Of a DNA stretch of 64,000 bases, positions 52,834-61,804 are shown piece after piece. How positions within the stretch are numbered: position 1 is the first letter of the stretch; every line of letters begins with the position of its first letter. The notes below the pieces were generated by a model. It was not told where the DNA came from and ran no database searches. It saw only the letters and a program-made list of their open reading frames with translations. The stretch is from Candidatus Kapaibacterium sp. (GTDB taxonomy: Bacteria > Bacteroidota > Ignavibacteria > Kapaibacteriales > Kapaibacteriaceae): positions 20,548-84,547 of the forward strand of contig JALHPC010000005.1 of NCBI GenBank assembly GCA_022842685.1. The letters are read 5' to 3'. Position numbers and translations under genes: made by a program.

Positions 52834-52908
52834 CGGGGCGTAGCGCAGCCCGGTTAGCGCGTCTGCTTTGGGAGCAGAAGGTCGCGAGTTCGAATCCCGC
52901 CGCCCCGA
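52834..52908 (+). tRNA. tRNA-Pro (anticodon TGG)
   Basis: CGGGGCGTAGCGCAGCCCGGTTAGCGC...TCTGCTTTGGGAGCAGA...GGTTCGAATCCCGCCGCCCCGA; anticodon loop TTTGGGA. Confidence 0.9.
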
Positions 52909-52915
52909 CAGAAAA

Positions 52916-52950
52916 GCCCAGATTACCACTCGTAATCTGGGCTTTTTCTT
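52916..52950 (+). terminator. Rho-independent terminator after tRNA-Pro
   Basis: GCCCAGATTAC-cactc-GTAATCTGGGC followed by TTTTTCTTT. Confidence 0.8.
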
Positions 52951-53159
52951 TAGCAGCTGTCGATTGACGTCAACGATACCTTCATCGAGTGTCAAGCCCC
53001 GTTGTAACAGCCGCCGCGTAGTACTACCGAAACGGCGCTACGTACTCTCCATCAATGCAAATACGTAGTGATTACGTAAGCGGTTGATTACAAACAACAT
53101 ACAGCTTTACGTGTTTCAGCTCTTGAAGTCCGCCGTCCAAGACGATAACTTCGCAGCAT

Positions 53160-53738
53160 ATGCAAACACGATTTTCTCCACGTCACAAGACGAGCATTTT
53201 TGTCCTAGCGGCTCTCCTATTTGCCGCTGTGGGTACATCCCTAGCAGGTCGTCCGAATCAACCGCTGTGGTCGCCCGTTGAATGGCAATCTTGTACTGAA
53301 GTCGTCGCTCCTTTTGGCAGCTCGGTTAACGACGTATACTCTGCGCTTCGCCGTAATGCTATCATTGGTGCCGAACGCACTGGAGACGTGCAAAAGGGAA
53401 CGTTTGCCCTGATGTTTAAGGACCACCGCCGCACCGAAGCTATACAATTGATCTTCGACAACGCCGGTCGCCTAAATGGTGCGGCCACGTGGCACACTAC
53501 TTCCTCTGCAGCTAATGCTCTTGAGTTTGTTCGTTCACTGACAGGCCGCCTCGTTGCGCATGGGGCGAAGGTCGTCAATCGTTGGGATGCAGGTGTTGAG
53601 CTCCGCGCCACGTGCTCGGGCTCGACCGTGACCGTCACTCTCGGTATTGATGCCGAGAATGACGCACGGGCCTTCATTTCGGTCATCTCCGAAAAGCCAT
53701 CTGCCGCAAGCGATGGCATCACAGAGAACCGCCGATAG
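53160..53738 (+). CDS. Hypothetical secreted protein
   Basis: Signal peptide SIFVLAALLFAAVGTSLAG; no recognisable domain. Confidence 0.5.
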   Translation: MQTRFSPRHKTSIFVLAALLFAAVGTSLAGRPNQPLWSPVEWQSCTEVVAPFGSSVNDVYSALRRNAIIGAERTGDVQKGTFALMFKDHRRTEAIQLIFDNAGRLNGAATWHTTSSAANALEFVRSLTGRLVAHGAKVVNRWDAGVELRATCSGSTVTVTLGIDAENDARAFISVISEKPSAASDGITENRR

Positions 53739-53765
53739 ACTTCCAGCGCGAACGATCAAACGATT

Positions 53766-53805
53766 ACGAACGAGGCCTCTGATTTCAGAGGCCTCGTTCG
53801 TTTTT
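53766..53805. terminator. Bidirectional rho-independent terminator
   Basis: 16-bp perfect stem CGAACGAGGCCTCTGA/TCAGAGGCCTCGTTCG with 2-nt loop, T5 on plus strand; lies between convergent genes. Confidence 0.8.
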
Positions 53806-53824
53806 ACTACGTACTCACGCTGCA

Positions 53825-54073
53825 CTACATTGCAGCGTAACCGGCCACACCAAACTGCTCGCCAAACGCCCGCGCTTCATCAATCGACGAGATACCTGTG
53901 GCCTCGACACGTAGAACGTATCGTCCAGCGATCGCCCACGTTACCGTCCCTCTACCCTCCCCCTTGTAAAACTCTAGCATGCCACTAACCATAGGATCCG
54001 ACGTCTGGAATGTCTCCGTTCGTTGCGTGGCATTGTCAATCTTCATGCGCTCTTGATGCCGTTGCAAAGGCAA
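53825..54073 (-). CDS. Hypothetical small protein (start uncertain)
   Basis: ORF only; overlaps upstream lipoprotein ORF by 38 nt in another frame unless an internal ATG (53992) is used. Confidence 0.3.
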   Translation of the reverse strand: MPLQRHQERMKIDNATQRTETFQTSDPMVSGMLEFYKGEGRGTVTWAIAGRYVLRVEATGISSIDEARAFGEQFGVAGYAAM

Positions 54074-54359
54074 GCCCAGGAATAGCTACCGACTCACCCG
54101 TAGGGGCTTCCCCCGTCCACCCGTTAACGTCACGAAGTCGCTTTTGCAGCTCTTCGTAGGCAATCGGTATGGTGTCTCCTGCTGCCCTACGCTCCTGAAT
54201 TCGTTGTTGCACCTTGTCCATCGATTGCTGAGCCTGCTCTGCCGAGTTGGCGATGGACTCAACATTCTCCATGGCTTGCTTCATTTCGTCGAACTGTTCT
54301 CCGCAACCAGTGGCCATCATTGCAAGAATGACTGATCCTGCACTGACAATGTGTTTCAT
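54036..54359 (-). CDS. Hypothetical lipoprotein
   Basis: MKHIVSAGSVILAMMATGC lipobox; helical low-complexity body. Confidence 0.5.
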   Translation of the reverse strand: MKHIVSAGSVILAMMATGCGEQFDEMKQAMENVESIANSAEQAQQSMDKVQQRIQERRAAGDTIPIAYEELQKRLRDVNGWTGEAPTGESVAIPGLAFATASRAHED

Positions 54360-54539
54360 ATTCTAGCCCCCAACATGTGGATGATTTTGGTTCGATCTCG
54401 CGGCTTTCACGAGTGACCCAATATGCACCGATCAATGCAATCACACACATTGTCGTATGGACCCCACCCTGCAAATTCTCCGTAACTTTCTGTTTGGCAT
54501 TGTGTTATGCGAATCTTAGTACCACCTACCAGCAATCCC

Positions 54540-57413
54540 ATGTCCCATTCGCTTCGCCTTTTCACCACATTGATGTTAAACGCGGTCTTGTGTCTTTCGG
54601 TCTACGCCGAATCCACCGACCATGAAAGCCGGTCGTTTCCTCCTAGTGTTGCGATAGGTACTGCCCTGCCGAATCTAGGACTGCCATACGTAGGCCCAAC
54701 GAACACGGTCATCGTTGTCCGTTACCTAGGATTCTCTTGCACGCACTGCGTTCGTCAGCTTACTTACCTTAACTCGTACGCTCGCCGTCTGTCGGCAGCC
54801 GGCATTCGTGTTGTAGCATTCAGTTCCGACGATGACCGTACCAACATGCGCTTAGTGCAACGGATGGGCTATGACACGTCGGTCATCACGCTTGTATCAG
54901 ACCCGGACAATCGCCGTGCGCGAGCTCTTGACCTCCTTCGCACGGTCGACGGCGAGCAGCTCGACTTGCACGCTGCACTTGTGGTTCGAAATGGTATCCT
55001 AACGTTCGGCATCCTGTCTACACAGCCGTTCATGGATGTTGCCCGCCTGGTTCAGGCAGCCGTCGTTGCACCAACCACGCAACTGCGCAGCGGTAGTTCC
55101 CTTTCGCATTATGTGCAGGGCTCGGTGCGGCCGCGTGTAGTCGCAAGTGCTGCCGATGGAATCGTGAGCCCCGTCGACCTCAAGTTTAATCGGACCCTGC
55201 TTCATAGCAACGACCTATGGGTTGTAACGTCGCCAGATGTCGCCGCAGGCATGGCCATCCTCCACAATGCAGGCACATCCAGCCAGACGATAACGCTCAA
55301 GCGCGACTCGCGAGCCAGCCACTTTATGTATCGTACACAGGCCCTTGCCTTTGGATCGAATGGCACGTTCGCCACTGCCCAAAGTGGCTGGCCTGGTGGC
55401 GGATATCCCAACTACATGTTCATGGGCCCTACGCTTTGGTCATCCGATACTGCCATCTTCGCCTCGCTGTATCAAGATTCTCGAAATCGACTAGCATCAC
55501 ACCTCGACATGTTGCATCAGAGCCCGTGGTGTTTAGGGATTGCTCACGAACGCGACAACGTCTACTGGGTAACAGACGCACGATATAACACTGTTCACCG
55601 CTACGATTTTGCAGACCCCCATGAAGTAGGGGGCACCGACCACCGCGACGGCGTTATTCGTCGGTATACCGAGGCGACAATCACAACATCTGATCGTGAA
55701 CAACCAGCCCATATGGCTATCGACGATGCTACTGGTTGGCTTTACTACGTCGACCCAGGCGCAGGCCGTGTTCAGCGTCTTCGCATTTCGTCGGGCTCTG
55801 TTACCGGCGACTTAGAAATGCCCGAAGAAAGTGGCGAAAACCTAACCGAGTTTTCCGAAGTACGGGGCGCCACCATCGAGACGGCGATCGCCGGCCCTCT
55901 TGGTCAGCCAGTAGGACTTGACATCAGAAACGGAATGATGATTGTCGGCGACCGTGCAACAGGTCGCATTTCGATGTATCGACTGTCGGAAGACCAACCA
56001 GAACTCATTGGAACCGTGGCAACCGGAGCTGGCGAACTCCTTGGCATTACGATTGGTCCTGACGACCACATTTGGTGCGTCGATCGCGCTAATGCTTCAG
56101 TTATTCGTTTGGAAACGGCCGAAGCGGCATACGTCAACGTTACCTCAGACGTGGCGGTAGTTGATACAACAGAAGGGTCCGTCGTGTTTGTCGACCTTGT
56201 CAACGATGGCTCCGCCCCTGTAAGGTTTTCGGTTGAGGCAACCGTCGGCAATGGCTGGCAAGCGCTCATCGAACAGCCGGAAGTTACGGTCGCAGCGCAA
56301 AGTACCGAGCGTATTGGCGTGGTGGTGCGGCGCGACACCTCAGCAATGCCAGCGCAGATGCACATAGGTGCCACCGTTCGGCCGACTGGTGCGGGCGATG
56401 ACGTAGCCACACCGGCAATGGGAAGGGTCGTCCATCTTGTACCATCGAATCTTCGACGTGTACTCGTCCTTGATGGCACCACTGAAGGCTTCGACATCGA
56501 CGAAGCGCTTATGGCAACCAACCGTCAGGGCTATGTAGCGCTGTCCTCTCTCGTCTTCAATCGTGCCGCTGGCAGCTTAGGTAATCTTGAGACGTGCGTT
56601 TGGTTCAGCGGTAGCTTTGGTGACATTAGTGTAACCGACGAAGCCATCATCGCTGACTTACGCCGTAAGAACGTCGACATGCTCATGCTTGCCGATGACC
56701 CCTTCGCAATTCGTGCTGAAGGTGAAAACTCTGCGGCCTTGTTTCAGGTGTTTGGCGCCGTCTTTGGTGGGATTGATGCTCCGACGTCGGTAGATAATGG
56801 GCGACGTGTGTATGATGGCGTTGCCAACGACCCCGTTACCAATGGAATTACACTTGTTGATTGCCAGCTGCCACGATTGGACCATCACCGTGGTGAGTCG
56901 TTTGTGCCGAGTGTGTTTTTCCGCACCGCCGGAACGGGATCTAGCGCAATGCTGCGTAATCGTACAACACAGCGTGCCATGGCTATTCGGTATGTGAGCG
57001 GTGAATACCGAAGCATCGTCATGGGAATCAATCCTGCGCGTATGCTCGATGAACAGCAACGAACAACAATTCTCGACAAATCCATCGAGTGGTTGGAAGG
57101 CGCAGCGCCCAAACCAGTGGACCCAGATCCAACCTCTGTTACCGATCGCGATCAGCAGGCCTTGGCCTTGCACGTACTCGGCAACCCAGTGCGCACGTCG
57201 ACAACGCTGCGAATAACGACGACCGACGTAATGACTGCTGCGTCGGTTGCGCTGTACAGCGTTGGCGGGCAAGAGCTACGTCGGCTGTACGATGGTGTTC
57301 TCGACGGCGTTATGGAGTTTCCTGTGGATGCCACCGCGTTGGCATCTGGCACATACTTCATCATCGTTAGAACTCCTACGTCGATACACCACGTGGCAAT
57401 TATCAAGGACTAA
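54540..57413 (+). CDS. T9SS cargo protein: N-terminal thioredoxin-like (CxxC redoxin) domain, beta-propeller-like repeats, C-terminal Por sorting domain
   Basis: Signal peptide (MSHSLRLFTTLMLNAVLCLSVYA), FSCTHC redox motif in an AhpC/TlpA-like region, repeated YxxDxxxGRV propeller-like blades, C-terminus ...GTYFIIVRTPTSIHHVAIIKD. Confidence 0.65.
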   Translation: MSHSLRLFTTLMLNAVLCLSVYAESTDHESRSFPPSVAIGTALPNLGLPYVGPTNTVIVVRYLGFSCTHCVRQLTYLNSYARRLSAAGIRVVAFSSDDDRTNMRLVQRMGYDTSVITLVSDPDNRRARALDLLRTVDGEQLDLHAALVVRNGILTFGILSTQPFMDVARLVQAAVVAPTTQLRSGSSLSHYVQGSVRPRVVASAADGIVSPVDLKFNRTLLHSNDLWVVTSPDVAAGMAILHNAGTSSQTITLKRDSRASHFMYRTQALAFGSNGTFATAQSGWPGGGYPNYMFMGPTLWSSDTAIFASLYQDSRNRLASHLDMLHQSPWCLGIAHERDNVYWVTDARYNTVHRYDFADPHEVGGTDHRDGVIRRYTEATITTSDREQPAHMAIDDATGWLYYVDPGAGRVQRLRISSGSVTGDLEMPEESGENLTEFSEVRGATIETAIAGPLGQPVGLDIRNGMMIVGDRATGRISMYRLSEDQPELIGTVATGAGELLGITIGPDDHIWCVDRANASVIRLETAEAAYVNVTSDVAVVDTTEGSVVFVDLVNDGSAPVRFSVEATVGNGWQALIEQPEVTVAAQSTERIGVVVRRDTSAMPAQMHIGATVRPTGAGDDVATPAMGRVVHLVPSNLRRVLVLDGTTEGFDIDEALMATNRQGYVALSSLVFNRAAGSLGNLETCVWFSGSFGDISVTDEAIIADLRRKNVDMLMLADDPFAIRAEGENSAALFQVFGAVFGGIDAPTSVDNGRRVYDGVANDPVTNGITLVDCQLPRLDHHRGESFVPSVFFRTAGTGSSAMLRNRTTQRAMAIRYVSGEYRSIVMGINPARMLDEQQRTTILDKSIEWLEGAAPKPVDPDPTSVTDRDQQALALHVLGNPVRTSTTLRITTTDVMTAASVALYSVGGQELRRLYDGVLDGVMEFPVDATALASGTYFIIVRTPTSIHHVAIIKD

Positions 57414-57419
57414 CCACCA

Positions 57420-59675
57420 ATGGGCACGTTGCTGAGCAAATCGGCCAAGCCGCGAATCGATTTGGCAACGCATACCTTTGGCGTCTCTGTCGAGTCCGAT
57501 CTTGAAGTGTTACTTCAGCAAGCTCGTAGCAATCTCCCCCGTTTGAATGAGGACTTCGTGACGCGTGCCTTTCGGTTCTGCGTAGAAGCCCACAAACGTG
57601 ATGTACGCAGCAGCGGTGAGCCGTACTATACCCATCCGGTACAGGTCGCGATCATCGTCTGTCGCGAGATCCCACTCGACGACATCAGCGTGGCAGCGGC
57701 ACTATTGCACGATGTTGTCGAGGACACCGAGTTCTCGCTTCGCGACATTCGCGAGGAGTTCGGTGCTGAAGTCGCAGAAATCGTCGACGGTGCCACGAAA
57801 ATCAGCGATGTATTCAAGAGTCGCGAGATAACGCAGGCAGAGAACTATCGCAAGCTCTTGCTTTCGCTTGTGAACGACGTGCGCGTCATCCTTGTCAAGT
57901 TCGCCGACAGACTTCATAACATGCGTACCATCGACGTGCTGCCCGCAGAGCGGCAGGAGCGCCTTGCGCGAGAGACGATGGAAATCTATGCCCCCTTCGC
58001 ACATAGGTTTGGATTGGGCAATATCAAATGGGAGCTGGAAGACCTGGCGTTTAAGGTGTTGAATCGCGAGGCCTATGATGACATCAAGCGCCAGTTAAAC
58101 TCGACGCGGGAAGAACGCTCGGACTACATCGCACGTTTTGCCAAGCCGATTGAGGAGCGACTAAAGACGATTGGACTTGCGTGCGAAATTAACGGACGTC
58201 CCAAGCATATCTACAGCATCTACAAGAAGATGATAACGCGTGGCAAGAGCATCGACGACTTGTACGATCTCTTCGCAGTGCGTTTGATTCTTGAATCTGA
58301 AGATAACAACGATTGTTTCTTGGCCTATGGGATTGTGAGCGAGATCTATGTGCCCGTGCCTGAGCGATTTAAGAATTACATCTCGGTTCCGAAAAAGAAT
58401 GGCTACCGCTCACTGCACACCACGGTTATTGGCTCTGACGGCAAGCGCGTTGAAGTGCAGATCCGAACTCGTGCCATGCATGAGTTTGCAGAGCGAGGCG
58501 TAGCAGCTCACTTTCGCTATAAGGCCGAAACGGGCGCCACAGCGTCATGGATCGACTCGAAGGACCTAGCCGAGTGGGCCTCGTGGGTACGGGATGTATT
58601 CGAAAATGCTGGCGACGAGGCTGCTGAACAGCTCATGGAGAGCTTTAAGCTCAATCTGTATCAGGACGAAATCTACGTTTTCACTCCAGCGGGCGAGCTG
58701 CGAATCCTGCCACGAGGTGCTACTCCCATCGACTTTGCGTTTGAGATTCACTCTGCAGTAGGAGCACGGTGTATTGGGGCAAAGGTAAACGGACGCATCG
58801 TGCCGTTAGATCATGCCCTACAAACCGGAGATCAGGTTGAGATCCTAACCTCCAAGAATCAGACGCCCAACCGAGACTGGGAACGGATCGTCGTGACGCA
58901 CAAGGCCAAGTCACACATACGCCGCATTCTTAATGAAGAACGCAGGAATCGTGTGACCGAGGGCAAGGAGCTGTGGGACAAGAAAGCGAAGAAGCTTGGC
59001 CTGCATATCAACGAGGACGAGTTGGAACGCATCTGTGTACAGTTGAAGTATGACTCGCGTACAGACATGTTTTACGCGATTGGAATGGGTACGCTATCGG
59101 CTGATGCAGCGGCAGACATGGTGCAGGCCAAGATGGGACCTCAGAGTGCCGAACTCGACCGAACGGAAGAGGTCTTTACTGCTCATCAGTTTCGCGAAAC
59201 CGCTCGCGGCTCAACGAACGGTGTCCAGATCGTGGGCGACACGTCGCCGTCGGCGCGTATGCTCTACTCCTACGCACGGTGCTGCAACCCAGTCCCAGGC
59301 GATGCCATCGTCGGCGTCATTACCATTGGCACCGGGATAAAGGTCCATCGCGCCAATTGCCGTAACGTCACCGAATTCCAAGACCGCCTGAAACCACGAA
59401 TCGTTGACGTAGCTTGGACTGGTCATCCAAAGGGAGAATTCCTTGCGGCTGTTAAGATTACCGGAGACGACCGACCTGGCATGCTGAACGATATCACGAG
59501 TGCCGTCATTAGTATCGACAATACGAACATACGCGGCGTTAACATTGACGCGTTTGATTCGATGTTTGAGGGCATCCTTACGGTTTACGTTCACGACACC
59601 GCCCATCTTCGTAAGATATTCGACCGATTACTGCGCATCAAGGGTGTTCGATCGATAGAACGTTTCGAGGGCTAA
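57420..59675 (+). CDS. Bifunctional (p)ppGpp synthetase/hydrolase RelA/SpoT family
   Basis: HD hydrolase domain (HDVVEDT), synthetase domain (RxKxxxSxxxK, YRSLHT), TGS and ACT C-terminal domains. Confidence 0.9.
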   Translation: MGTLLSKSAKPRIDLATHTFGVSVESDLEVLLQQARSNLPRLNEDFVTRAFRFCVEAHKRDVRSSGEPYYTHPVQVAIIVCREIPLDDISVAAALLHDVVEDTEFSLRDIREEFGAEVAEIVDGATKISDVFKSREITQAENYRKLLLSLVNDVRVILVKFADRLHNMRTIDVLPAERQERLARETMEIYAPFAHRFGLGNIKWELEDLAFKVLNREAYDDIKRQLNSTREERSDYIARFAKPIEERLKTIGLACEINGRPKHIYSIYKKMITRGKSIDDLYDLFAVRLILESEDNNDCFLAYGIVSEIYVPVPERFKNYISVPKKNGYRSLHTTVIGSDGKRVEVQIRTRAMHEFAERGVAAHFRYKAETGATASWIDSKDLAEWASWVRDVFENAGDEAAEQLMESFKLNLYQDEIYVFTPAGELRILPRGATPIDFAFEIHSAVGARCIGAKVNGRIVPLDHALQTGDQVEILTSKNQTPNRDWERIVVTHKAKSHIRRILNEERRNRVTEGKELWDKKAKKLGLHINEDELERICVQLKYDSRTDMFYAIGMGTLSADAAADMVQAKMGPQSAELDRTEEVFTAHQFRETARGSTNGVQIVGDTSPSARMLYSYARCCNPVPGDAIVGVITIGTGIKVHRANCRNVTEFQDRLKPRIVDVAWTGHPKGEFLAAVKITGDDRPGMLNDITSAVISIDNTNIRGVNIDAFDSMFEGILTVYVHDTAHLRKIFDRLLRIKGVRSIERFEG

Positions 59676-59701
59676 CGCCCTCAGGTCCCTATCACGTATA
59701 T

Positions 59702-60247
59702 TTGCCACTGTTTCAACGAGTCATCATTGGACCATCTGTGACTACACCTGTCCTGCTCTTTTCGCTGTTTGCCATTGGCGCCATTGCGTCTGCGGTACTA
59801 ACGATAACGCGACGCAACCCTGTTGCTGCTGCGATGTCCCTTGTTGGACATTTCTTCATGCTCACTGGGCTATACCTTACACTCAACGCACAGTTCGTTG
59901 CGGCTGTTCAGGTACTTGTCTATGCTGGTGCCATCATGGTGCTTGTCGTGTTCGTCATCATGTTGCTGAATGTTGGCAACGAACAACATCTCAGTGAAAA
60001 GCCGGGGATGAGAAAGACCGTTGGAACGTTGCTGGCAGTTCTGTTTGCCGCTCAGATTATTGGGGTCACGACTGCTCGTCCAACGGGCATGACGGCGCTT
60101 CCGGATTCCTCTGTTGCCATTGGCACGACCGAAGCCATCGGCCAGAGCTTATTCACGACCTATCTCTTCCCGTTCGAGGCAGTATCGATCCTGCTGCTTG
60201 CAGCACTCATCGGGTCTGTTATCCTTGCCAAGCGTCAACTTAGCTAA
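59702..60247 (+). CDS. nuoJ: NADH-quinone oxidoreductase subunit J
   Basis: NuoJ/ND6 core (VQVLVYAGAIMVLVVFVIMLLN); start ATG 59702 or GTG ~59741; only 26 bp after relA stop. Confidence 0.85.
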   Translation: MPLFQRVIIGPSVTTPVLLFSLFAIGAIASAVLTITRRNPVAAAMSLVGHFFMLTGLYLTLNAQFVAAVQVLVYAGAIMVLVVFVIMLLNVGNEQHLSEKPGMRKTVGTLLAVLFAAQIIGVTTARPTGMTALPDSSVAIGTTEAIGQSLFTTYLFPFEAVSILLLAALIGSVILAKRQLS

Positions 60248-60256
60248 CACGAAGCC

Positions 60257-60568
60257 ATGCCTACAACGATTCCTCTCGACTACTACCTTGCCCTATCGGC
60301 AATCCTATTCGTCACCGGCGTGGTTGGAGTTATCACACGTCGCAATGCCATTATCATCTTTATGTCCATCGAGTTGATGCTGAATGCCGTCAACCTTACG
60401 ATGGTTTCCTTTAGCGCCTTCCTTGGTGACATCGCCGGCCAGATGTTCGTGTTCTTTATCATGGCCGTGGCTGCTGCCGAAGCTGCAGTGGGTCTTGCTA
60501 TTGTGCTCGCACTCTTCCGCAAGCGTCAGACGGTGTACGTCGACGAGCTCAACATCATGAAGTGGTAA
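60257..60568 (+). CDS. nuoK: NADH-quinone oxidoreductase subunit K
   Basis: 100-aa three-helix NuoK/ND4L ([14 protein letters not shown], conserved Glu residues). Confidence 0.9.
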   Translation: MPTTIPLDYYLALSAILFVTGVVGVITRRNAIIIFMSIELMLNAVNLTMVSFSAFLGDIAGQMFVFFIMAVAAAEAAVGLAIVLALFRKRQTVYVDELNIMKW

Positions 60569-60628
60569 GCAGAAACAACGAAGGCGGCCTCTCGGCCGCC
60601 TTCGTCTACGTTTACGTAAGAATGTCGT

Positions 60629-61042
60629 TTACAGCTTTCTGTGAACCGACGTTACCACACCAAGAATACGGAAGTCGTCACCCTCACCTATCGATATTGG
60701 CGCGTAGCATGGGTTTTCAGGGACAAGGGTCACTGACACACCATCGGTTACGATACGCTTTACAGTAAGCGAACCGTTGTGCCATGCTACAACGATATCT
60801 CCGCTGCGCACTTCGCGGCCCGCGTCGATAACAAGCATGTCTCCCGCAAAGATGTGCACGCCAACCATGCTGTCGCCCGTAGCGATTACCGAGTACGAAT
60901 CCTTCGGATTCGGAACCCAGTACGCCGTGAAGTTCAGGTCGGTGCCTTCATCTTCCGACACGGCAGGGCTTGTACCACATGGTGCTGCCATCAGATGAAA
61001 GCGAATCGTCGAACCGTCAGATGCTGAAAGCTTCGTTATCAT
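60629..61042 (-). CDS. umuD: UmuD-like S24 self-cleaving peptidase (no adjacent umuC)
   Basis: Collinear with E. coli UmuD: CG cleavage site (APCGTSP), ATGDSM catalytic Ser, TVKR catalytic Lys; no N-terminal HTH. Confidence 0.75.
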   Translation of the reverse strand: MITKLSASDGSTIRFHLMAAPCGTSPAVSEDEGTDLNFTAYWVPNPKDSYSVIATGDSMVGVHIFAGDMLVIDAGREVRSGDIVVAWHNGSLTVKRIVTDGVSVTLVPENPCYAPISIGEGDDFRILGVVTSVHRKL

Positions 61043-61047
61043 AACGC

Positions 61048-61551
61048 TTAGCGTAATAGTGTTGCAACGAGTGAATCGGCATTAGCGCCGTTGAAGTCCT
61101 CGTCGAGAATCATCCGTGGGCTGACCATTCCGGCGCGCTCGACAAAGACGGCAGGCAACGACGAAAGCGAGATGCGATCTGCATGTGGATGCTTGTCCTG
61201 GTTAGAACGCATCGAAAAAATTTCGATTTGGTCTTCTCGGACACCTGCTTCGGTAAGCGTCTTGATTACATGCGGAAACAACTTCTGGGTGCCGCGGCAT
61301 GAACACGTCGGCCGTACGAAGATGATAGCGCGCGTCTCGGCAGTAAAGTTCTTCGCAATGTCGGTAACGAACTCCTGACGTGGAGAATACACCTGTGTCT
61401 CCGCTGGGAACCATACGTAGCCAGCCGATGTGTTAAGCTCGGCAATCGAAAGACGCTGTGCGTCCACGTTAACCTGGTCAGTAGAACATGCTGCAACAAG
61501 CAGTGCCACTACCACCGGCATCGATAATTGGAACAAACGAACTGTGAACAT
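61048..61551 (-). CDS. Hypothetical lipoprotein
   Basis: MPVVVALLVAACS lipobox; no recognisable domain. Confidence 0.5.
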   Translation of the reverse strand: MFTVRLFQLSMPVVVALLVAACSTDQVNVDAQRLSIAELNTSAGYVWFPAETQVYSPRQEFVTDIAKNFTAETRAIIFVRPTCSCRGTQKLFPHVIKTLTEAGVREDQIEIFSMRSNQDKHPHADRISLSSLPAVFVERAGMVSPRMILDEDFNGANADSLVATLLR

Positions 61552-61804
61552 CTTAGTGGGGTATATACGTGAAGGAAGATGCCGAAATTACAAAGAATCT
61601 CGTGACTGACCTACAATCTTGATCTCACAGGGGAACCCTTCGTACAGTGTGACGTGTTACGCGGCATTGTATACCATCAATCAGGCTCAGGTCGATTGTA
61701 CCGCGTAACCATCCTCGTCCTTGTGTGTCTCTGCACACCGGTTAACGCCACCATCATCTGCACATTCATTGTAACCGTCTCACTAACACATTTTGGAGTT
61801 ATTT

